Sequence record: DRR378314_807
Length of the DNA stretch: 42,269 bases
Strand: one strand, 5' to 3'
The notes under the pieces: generated by a model
Databases searched by the model: none
Told to the model about the DNA's origin: nothing
The model's input: the letters and a program-made list of their open reading frames with translations, nothing else
In this document: in pieces, positions 35,793 through 42,269 of the stretch
Layout of the letters: each line of letters starts with the position of its first letter
How positions within the stretch are numbered: the stretch's first letter is position 1
Translations under genes and position numbers: made by a program

Positions 35793-35914
35793 TGAGGTAC
35801 CTCTCTGCTTTATTGATGAGTGTTCATTGTTGAGTGTAGTCAAAAACTTTTGTGTTTGTCATTTCCATTACGCTGATGACATCCGTTATAAGCTGTGCCA
35901 CGTAATAGGATTTT

Positions 35915-36331
35915 ATGTATTTAAGTATATTTCTGACAGCCTTTCTGGCCGCCACAATACTGCCTGCTCAGTCTGAGTTTGTGGTCGTGGCAGCCCAGCG
36001 CATGGATTACGATGTCTGGATAATCTGGTGGCTGGCCTCAATCGGTAATACGCTGGGGTCCGTGGTCAACTATGTTCTGGGCCGTTTTTTGGTACGGTAT
36101 CAGGATCGCCGCTGGTTCCCGTTCAAACCAAAATCTCTGGCCCGTGGTCATCGCTGGTTTGAACGCTTTGGTAAGTGGTCGCTGCTGATGGCCTGGGCTC
36201 CCTTCATTGGCGACCCTCTTACGTTTATAGCCGGTATGCTGCGATTAACCTTCTGGCAATTTTTAATTCTGGTTTTCATTAGTAAAGCTGGCCGCTACGC
36301 TATTTTGCTGGGTATTACGCAGTTGTTTTAA
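35915..36331 (+). CDS. yqaA: YqaA-family (DedA/SNARE-associated) membrane protein
   Basis: FLAATILPAQSE, GNTLGSVVNY.LGR, WAPFIGDPLT..AG and KAGRY. Confidence 0.88.
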   Translation: MYLSIFLTAFLAATILPAQSEFVVVAAQRMDYDVWIIWWLASIGNTLGSVVNYVLGRFLVRYQDRRWFPFKPKSLARGHRWFERFGKWSLLMAWAPFIGDPLTFIAGMLRLTFWQFLILVFISKAGRYAILLGITQLF

Positions 36332-36464
36332 TAACTCTTATCGCACCATTACACCTACCGGATTCACTCTAAAACGGTGACCTGTTTTTTTAATCTGTGA
36401 ACACAGACGAAATTTTTCTTTAAAGCTATACTCAGGTTCGATAATACGAACATAAGGCTTTGCA

Positions 36465-37424
36465 ATGGAGTTTATTGATTATTACGAAGTACTGGGTGTA
36501 GAGCCGACCGCCGATAGTAAAGCAATTAAAACCGCGTACCGCAAACTCGGCCGAAAGTATCATCCCGATGTAAGCAAGTTACCAGATGCAGCCGAGAATT
36601 TTAAGCGCGTAGCCCAAGCCTATGAAGTATTACATAGTGCTGAAAAGCGTGCTGAATATGATGCTTTGTGCGAGGCTCGCAAACGCGGTTATAACAATCA
36701 AAATAGGAAATCGAGCGCCAACTATCACACTAATAATAGTACGATGGGTAATCAGGACTTTACTGACTTCTTTAACTCAGTGTTTGGAGCAGCAGGTTCC
36801 CGCAGTCGCCAACAACATCGTCAGCAACCTTGGTATGAGGACGCCAACCAAGCCAAAGGAGCTGATGTTGAATTCGACTGGCCGGTTATGCTCGAAGACA
36901 CCTTGGCCGACACGACCAAACAAATTGAGTTCGTTATTCCGGTTTATGACCAACAAGGTTACCAGCAGCAAGTAAAAAAATCGCTCAAAGTAAAAATTCC
37001 TGCTGGCGCACGGGATGGCGAGCGTATTCGACTAAAAGGACAAGGTGCCCCGGCTTACGGTAACGCCCCAAGCGGCGATGCTTACTTAACCATCAAAATA
37101 CTTCCGCATCCATTATTTGATGTGGAAGCCAATAATCTTTTGCTCACCTTACCGCTCGCGCCATGGGAAGCGGCATTGGGAACTAAAGTAGAGGTGCCGA
37201 CGCTCACTGGTAAAGTTCAACTAACCATTCCAGCTAACAGCCAGGCAGGTCAGCGCTTACGTGTAAAAGGCAAAGGCTTGGTCGGGAAGCTCTCAAATGG
37301 CGATTTGATTGCCACAATAAAGATTGTGATGCCATCCTCACTAAATGAAAACAGTAAGACCCTTTGGGCTCAGCTCGCGGACAGCGAAACCTTTGACCCT
37401 CGTCGCGAATGGAGCGATAGATAA
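36465..37424 (+). CDS. cbpA: Curved DNA-binding DnaJ-class co-chaperone CbpA
   Basis: J-domain with KYHPD, no Zn finger, LKVKIPAG...IRLKGQG and LAPWEAALG. Followed by cbpM. Confidence 0.93.
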   Translation: MEFIDYYEVLGVEPTADSKAIKTAYRKLGRKYHPDVSKLPDAAENFKRVAQAYEVLHSAEKRAEYDALCEARKRGYNNQNRKSSANYHTNNSTMGNQDFTDFFNSVFGAAGSRSRQQHRQQPWYEDANQAKGADVEFDWPVMLEDTLADTTKQIEFVIPVYDQQGYQQQVKKSLKVKIPAGARDGERIRLKGQGAPAYGNAPSGDAYLTIKILPHPLFDVEANNLLLTLPLAPWEAALGTKVEVPTLTGKVQLTIPANSQAGQRLRVKGKGLVGKLSNGDLIATIKIVMPSSLNENSKTLWAQLADSETFDPRREWSDR

Positions 37425-37741
37425 TGACAACCTTACAACAAGTGTACTCACCCAATTTTCACCTGAGTTTCGAAGAGCTCTGTCTTTCTGCAAATGTCAG
37501 CGCCGAAACCATGCTTGAGCTGATTGAGCATGAAATTGCGGTACCAGTCACCGGAGAACACCCACGTCAGTGGATGTTTCATGTTACCTCTGTGATGACA
37601 GTAAAAAAGGCGGCGCGTCTCAACCGGGATCTAAATATAGACTGGGCCGATCTCTATTTAGTGCTAAACCTGCTTGATGAAATTGAGCAGATAAAAGCTG
37701 AGAACCACAGGTTGAAGCAGCGGCTCAATAGAAAAATTTAG
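37424..37741 (+). CDS. cbpM: Chaperone modulator CbpM
   Basis: ELCL...ELIEHEI, KAARLNRDLNIDW and LLDEIEQ. TAATG-coupled to cbpA. Confidence 0.92.
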   Translation: MTTLQQVYSPNFHLSFEELCLSANVSAETMLELIEHEIAVPVTGEHPRQWMFHVTSVMTVKKAARLNRDLNIDWADLYLVLNLLDEIEQIKAENHRLKQRLNRKI

Positions 37742-37779
37742 AAGAGCCGCCGGTAAATCAAACGTCTGGTCGGAGTCGA

Positions 37780-39648
37780 TTAAAGCACGTTAAAGCTTAT
37801 CGAACTCGGATACTCAGAGTTGTGATAAATTTTATGAGTTGCCTTTGTAAAGTCGCTCTCTTTTGCATTAAAAATGTTTTCAACGTAATTCTGGGGGTTA
37901 ATATCCAGAAACGGAAACATGCTGCTTTGTATTTGAATCTGCAGCTTATGCCCGCGTTTGAACGTATGTAAAACATCGTACAACTCAAACCCAATTTCAG
38001 TTGGTTGATTTGGAACGAATGCTTTAGGCTCACTCATACTCTCACGAAAGCGCCCTCGTAACACGCCCCAACGCACAAGCTCATGGCGGTTCCCGCGCTC
38101 CATGTCAGCCTTATTGGTATTCTCATCAATGGAAGGAAAGACATCGACAAGCTTCACCACAATATCCGCCGCTGATTTATTGGTAGCGAACCATAGGTTA
38201 AGGTCGATGGCGCCGGCAATTGTTAAGTCCGATTCCAGCGTATCGGTCTCAAATACCAGAACGTCAGGTCTTCTCGCCGTAAAACGCTGATCTTCTACCA
38301 TGTATGGTCTATCCCAGCCGCGACTGATTTCGGCAGAATGAGGGACCGGCTTGTTAGGATCACTTAGGTACTCGCTGCTACCCGTATTGTTTTCCTGCTC
38401 AACGATTTTTTCGTCATTTGCTAAATACAGGGTTTCTCTAGATGTATCCTTAGGCGGCCAGGCATCGAAACGGCGCCAGCGATTACTGCCTGTTTCAAAC
38501 ATGGTTGCCTTAGCCAGATTGGCTTCATCGGCGCCTTTTAGATGCTCTTTAAAAAATGGCAGCAACACATCTCTTTGAAACCAAGCGCTGGTATCAAAAC
38601 CAAAATGAGCCTCTCCAAGTTCAGTACCGCCCTGCTCGCTTTGCCATTGACCGTGATACCAGGGCCCCATTACCAGTTGAACATGATCCTTCTTATTGTT
38701 GTCTGACATGGTTTGATAGGTATAAAGCGGTCCGTAAAGGTCTTCTGTATCATACCAACCGCCAACAACTAGCGTGGCAGGCTTAGTGTTTGATAAGTGC
38801 TGTAAAACATTTCGCGACTTCCAATAATCGTCGTAATTGGGGTGCTGAATAATCTCATTCCAAAATGGGCGTTCACCGTTAAAGTACTTATCGTTTACAT
38901 TGGAAAGTGGCCCAAGATTTTTGAAAAACTGATAGCCGTCTGGCGTTTCAGTTTTCATACCTTCAGGCCAGTAAGCGAAGGTGCCATCGCGCTGCTTATC
39001 GAAGGTATCAAAAAATATGAAAGCCATGGGCGTGACGAAAGCGCCATTTCTATGAAAATCATCAAAAAACCAATCGGCAATAGGAGCCTGAGGTGAAATA
39101 GCCTTAAGCGCAGGGTGACTGTTAATTGATGCCACCGACGTGTAGTAACCGGGGTAAGAGGTTCCCCACATACCGACTTTGCCGTTGTTACCTTCGATAT
39201 TGCTTACGAGCCAATCAATCGTGTCGTACGTATCTGTGGCGTCATCCGTTGCGTTCTTTCCGCGAGTGTAGGCATCCTGCGGGCGCATGTTGACGAAATC
39301 CCCCTCCGACATGAACTTGCCGCGCACGTCCTGGAAGACAAAAATAAAACCGTCTTTTTCAAATGCTTCGCTCGGTCCCAAACGTTTTTTATACTCGTCT
39401 ACCCCGTACGGTGCAACGCGATAAGGCGTTCGCTGCATCATAATAGGGTAAGATTTGCTGGTATCATTGGGTACGTAAACCGACGTGAATAACTTTACGC
39501 CATCGCGCATCGGGATTTGATATTCATATTTGGTGTAGTTAGCCCGGATATAGGCTTCCCTTTCATCCGCTACACTTTGTTTACTGAATGCGGAGTTCAC
39601 CGTCAGCAAACATATAGCCAGCAAAAAGCTGCGTATAACAACCTTCAT
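37780..39648 (-). CDS. CocE/NonD-family secreted hydrolase (alpha-amino acid ester hydrolase / glutaryl-7-ACA acylase-like)
   Basis: IPMRDGVKLFT, RTPY, QDVRG...SEG, nucleophile GTSYPG, WYDTED and GPWYHG. Confidence 0.92.
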   Translation of the reverse strand: MKVVIRSFLLAICLLTVNSAFSKQSVADEREAYIRANYTKYEYQIPMRDGVKLFTSVYVPNDTSKSYPIMMQRTPYRVAPYGVDEYKKRLGPSEAFEKDGFIFVFQDVRGKFMSEGDFVNMRPQDAYTRGKNATDDATDTYDTIDWLVSNIEGNNGKVGMWGTSYPGYYTSVASINSHPALKAISPQAPIADWFFDDFHRNGAFVTPMAFIFFDTFDKQRDGTFAYWPEGMKTETPDGYQFFKNLGPLSNVNDKYFNGERPFWNEIIQHPNYDDYWKSRNVLQHLSNTKPATLVVGGWYDTEDLYGPLYTYQTMSDNNKKDHVQLVMGPWYHGQWQSEQGGTELGEAHFGFDTSAWFQRDVLLPFFKEHLKGADEANLAKATMFETGSNRWRRFDAWPPKDTSRETLYLANDEKIVEQENNTGSSEYLSDPNKPVPHSAEISRGWDRPYMVEDQRFTARRPDVLVFETDTLESDLTIAGAIDLNLWFATNKSAADIVVKLVDVFPSIDENTNKADMERGNRHELVRWGVLRGRFRESMSEPKAFVPNQPTEIGFELYDVLHTFKRGHKLQIQIQSSMFPFLDINPQNYVENIFNAKESDFTKATHKIYHNSEYPSSISFNVL

Positions 39649-39789
39649 GTTCTGTCCCTTTTATTATTGAACTAACTCGTTTACCACCTCGAATGGATGC
39701 CGCGGATAGCCGTTTTCGACCTTTCTTTGTTATAAATCCAAAACCACTCAGTAGCAAGTTTTGTGTTTGTTCAAAGTTTTAGTTGTGGG

Positions 39790-39908
39790 AAGGCCGCCGA
39801 AGTCCCAAAAATTCTCTGTCTTCGCGTTAATATCGACTGCTACAGCCATCTTGTATTGGGGAGCCAGCTTTGAGCGCCACGGGACACGCCACCATGATTG
39901 GCAAGTAT
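39790..39908 (-). pseudogene. Frameshifted C-terminal remnant of a serine beta-lactamase-fold hydrolase
   Basis: Reads ILANHGGVSRGAQSWL (39908-39861), then after a frameshift PQYKMAVAVDINAKTENFWDFG. This is the HGG...P...AVAV..N C-terminal pattern of the family. Confidence 0.6.
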
Positions 39909-39955
39909 CCTTCTGGGTTAATGAAGGAACACTTCCAAATAACTTTTTAGATCGT

Positions 39956-40821
39956 TCATATCAGCAGTTTTTTCCTTGCTAGATCCAGAACGCCTTTAGT
40001 TATTTGTTCTCCTGTTTCCCGATGAAAGTGGTCGGGAGCATCAGCCCAGGTTTTATCAAGAGCACCCTGCAACTCCTCATTTATCGCACCAATTAATTCT
40101 TGAGCAATATCGGGGGAAAGGCCAGAAAATTTGGCATGATTAGGCCAATGCCGAGGTAATATTTTATGCCAATGATAATGGGAGTTTTTACTTTTTACCC
40201 TCATTGCCATTTTGGCTTTTTTCGGCTGTATTTTACCCAGGGTTGGATACGCTGAAAGGACATCATAGATTGGCGTTAACCAATAACCCGAAGCGTCCAA
40301 ATAAACACTGAAATTCTTTGCATGATCATCAATAGCACACAATAACCAGAATACGTATTGACTCAAAAAAAACACTTGCTGATCTTTTAAACCTTGCTGA
40401 CTCGTTGCGAGCAGATCCGATATTTCAAAAGCGCCTGGGCCTCCTTTATCTTCATACTTCGATTGCCCGGCTCTGCCCAGAGCCTGGCACATATCTTCCT
40501 GGCTTATCCTTAAAATTTGACCATCTTCATCCGTATATCTATCAAAACGTTCGACAACAAGTACCTTTTGCTCACCAAAAACTTCTATCTCAGCGTGCGC
40601 TACATCAAACCCTAAATGATGCATAAAGCGTAAACAAAACCATTCATTGTCGACACTTTGCTCCATATTTATGCCACCAGGTAACTTTCCCATAGCCATT
40701 TTAAAAATATGGGTTGTAGGAGTGTTACCTATCGGTTGATGCCACTTTTCCGCCTTACGGTTCCTACTTTTATTCCATTAATCCCGCAATGTAATTCTCG
40801 TGTAGCCTTGCGTCTTGGCAT
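39956..40821 (-). pseudogene. hipA: hipA toxin kinase, internally deleted and frameshifted
   Basis: ATG 40821 gives MPRRKATRELHCGINGIKVGTVRR (HipA N-terminus) and stops at 40729. Another frame resumes at about 40750 with KWHQPIGNTPTTHIFK...SVDNEWFCL...LVVERFDR...QEDMCQALG..KYE..GGP...DDHAKNFS...PIYDVLS. Confidence 0.88.
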
Positions 40822-40835
40822 GACGAATCTTCCTT

Positions 40836-41186
40836 TTACTTTTTAGGTGGTGATTTTCGAATCACAATAGGCCTACGATTGCTCTTAAGCGCATCAAGAG
40901 GCCGATGCTTGGTTTGGGGGAGATTTTCATCCACAGACGCTTTCCTGACCCTCTTTAAGACTTCATAACCGTCATCTGCGGAATTAGAAATATCGAACCG
41001 AATGTCCAAAGCAGCCATTACTTTCATTAAGTTAGCGAAAGTAATGGATGATGTTTTAGTCTCAACACGGGATATAAAACGCTGATCTTTACCAATCCGT
41101 TTGCCTAATTCCATTTGGCTATAACCAGCTTCCTGTCGCCGTTGTGCTATATATTTACCCAAGGAACCGGGAGTGGTGATTCGCAT
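40836..41186 (-). CDS. hipB: HipB-like XRE helix-turn-helix antitoxin
   Basis: LGKYIAQRRQEAGYSQMELGKRIG..QRFISRVE. Lies directly upstream of hipA and has a long basic C-terminal tail. Confidence 0.85.
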   Translation of the reverse strand: MRITTPGSLGKYIAQRRQEAGYSQMELGKRIGKDQRFISRVETKTSSITFANLMKVMAALDIRFDISNSADDGYEVLKRVRKASVDENLPQTKHRPLDALKSNRRPIVIRKSPPKK

Positions 41187-41189
41187 TTT

Positions 41190-41285
41190 AATTCCTTATA
41201 TAGAATATAGGCATTTATACCAAATAGAGAATATAAAAATTTAGTTTATATATGGAATATAGTCAAATAGTGCATATATGGACTA
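41190..41285. promoter_or_regulatory. Four hipB-type 5-8-5 operators at 26-bp period
   Basis: AATTC-N8-GAATA (41190), TATAC-N8-GAATA (41216), TAGTT-N8-GAATA (41242) and TAGTG-N8-GACTA (41268). Confidence 0.8.
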
Positions 41286-41380
41286 TCTCGTAACTAAGCC
41301 CACTGAATTGAATCGCCACAGCGATAGGGGGTCAATGATACAGGAGCCATTCCACCTTTGGCTAAAAGGCGTCTAGCGGA

Positions 41381-41941
41381 TTAGTGGCGATTCACTTTAC
41401 GTTTCTTCAAAAAAACGATTAAAAAGAGAGTTACAACAAATGCTACCCACGGGTATAAATAATTAACCACCCACATTTTCTCAATTACTGGAAGATTGTA
41501 CCCGAGAACAATAAAAGGAGCTCCTATTAGAGTTACTCCAGCAATAGCCGCCCCTCGACGCTTTGGTTTTGTAAAAAAAATTAATACAATGAGAAGCAGC
41601 CAGGGGGCACTTTGGGAAAGAATTCGTTCAAATTTCCGTGAAGGAAACCCGGGCTGAAAGCTAAATTCCACAGAGCTACTCTGTGCTTCTGTCATGAGTC
41701 GCTCAAAATACTTCTTGCTAGGAGAGTCCTCAGGGAGCGTTTCAACTTTTTTTTCTAACTCAACAATAGATTCGACAATTTTCAACTCCTCACTAATGCG
41801 ATTGAGTTTAAAGTGACTGGTATATACCTCATAAACAGCAACTCCGCCTGCGAGAATTGTTACAATTAATATCAAAAATGTGAAACGACCCCACGTAAAA
41901 TCTTTAACTAAGTTTTCAAAGAACCTGAAGATACTTTCCAT
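41381..41941 (-). CDS. Hypothetical membrane protein (about 4 TM)
   Basis: 186-aa ORF with one N-terminal TM, a helical soluble segment and three C-terminal hydrophobic helices. AT-rich; no family recognised. Confidence 0.75.
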   Translation of the reverse strand: MESIFRFFENLVKDFTWGRFTFLILIVTILAGGVAVYEVYTSHFKLNRISEELKIVESIVELEKKVETLPEDSPSKKYFERLMTEAQSSSVEFSFQPGFPSRKFERILSQSAPWLLLIVLIFFTKPKRRGAAIAGVTLIGAPFIVLGYNLPVIEKMWVVNYLYPWVAFVVTLFLIVFLKKRKVNRH

Positions 41942-42269
41942 GTGTGGTTTAACCTTAAACTTTAGATATTTGTCCGACGTACCCTATAAGCATTTCAGTC
42001 GGCAGTTATCGACTTTTGATTACTGATGTATAGCAATGCTGACGTAAAGAACGAGTTACTGACAGATCCAAACTCCCTACCAGAATTGAACTTTACGATA
42101 AGTTTTAAATAACGTATAGCCCAGTACTTTTTAATTATTCAGGCTATATGTTGACATATCGTTTTATATACTGACTTAGCAATTTTGTAGTTCAGCTTGT
42201 GCCCTGATTATTACAGGGCTCATTATCTACATATTATGGCTCGTTTTGGATGTGTCCGTAAAATCTGGG

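Noticed and set aside
2538-35843. Longest-ORF start codons in the track for ohrR, ohr, phoX, the lipoprotein, mipA, OMF, MFP, tetR, the Ada-like gene and the Zn-ribbon gene
   Set aside because: Downstream ATGs fit better with SD position, signal peptides or family N-termini, so the starts were shortened.
450-38786. Many 60-165 aa ORFs antisense to or nested in long genes (e.g. 450-947, 4864-5241, 10209-10565, 14001-14339, 20168-20503, 30438-30863, 36622-36975)
   Set aside because: They lie within or largely overlap well-supported genes and show no recognisable motifs. They are typical shadow ORFs.
39761-39982. 73-aa plus-strand ORF between the CocE gene and hipA
   Set aside because: It has a weak start and no recognisable features. 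The opposite strand explains the region as a serine hydrolase remnant.
39956-40699. Treating the 247-aa ORF as a functional HipT-like stand-alone kinase of a tripartite system
   Set aside because: It lacks the P-loop, starts after the ATP-binding Lys and has G-to-D in DGHAKN. The upstream 30-aa ORF is too short for HipS. A deletion explains it better.
41190-41285. Periodic repeats as a mini-CRISPR array or iterons
   Set aside because: The units are degenerate 18-bp palindromes with 8-bp gaps, with no unique spacers and no cas or rep gene. Position and shape fit HipB operators.
42151-42180. Perfect TTGACA as a sigma70 promoter
   Set aside because: There is no -10 hexamer at 16-18 bp spacing; TATACT lies only 10 bp away.
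41290-42269. Integron cassette (attC) or IS ends around the 186-aa gene
   Set aside because: I saw no RYYYAAC...GTTRRRY pair with a paired stem after the stop, no terminal inverted repeats with target duplication, and no integrase or transposase.

Overview
A gene-dense 42.3-kb accessory and stress-response region from a gammaproteobacterium. Gene content and style suggest a marine Alteromonadales/Idiomarina-like organism, which is inference only. Left to right it holds: an SDR, an orphan secreted GH43 with a CBM42-like tail, ohrR-ohr, Pho-box-controlled phoX, a TraB/GumN protein and a large unknown lipoprotein. Next come a mipA-response regulator-sensor kinase operon divergent from a two-gene RND pump with no outer-membrane factor, and a catalytically dead SDR-like ORF. 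These are followed by a TetR-linked MexEF-OprN-like pump, an AraC regulator, xenA, dps, lipoprotein oligopeptidase B, DUF2891, a PadR-HAAS pair, an Ada/Ogt-type methyltransferase, a 40-aa small protein below the ORF-track cutoff, a Fur-boxed TonB-dependent receptor, yqaA, cbpA-cbpM and a CocE/NonD hydrolase. The AT-richer right end carries a hipBA module whose hipA is internally deleted but whose four 26-bp-spaced operators remain. The most notable signal is a shared promoter architecture (GTAAGT-N5-GTAAGT followed by AGATRRT) in front of mipA, the RND operon and the pseudo-SDR, suggesting one co-regulated module. Three eroded pseudogene remnants were found by manual translation. I saw no tRNA, rRNA, CRISPR array, transposase or integrase.
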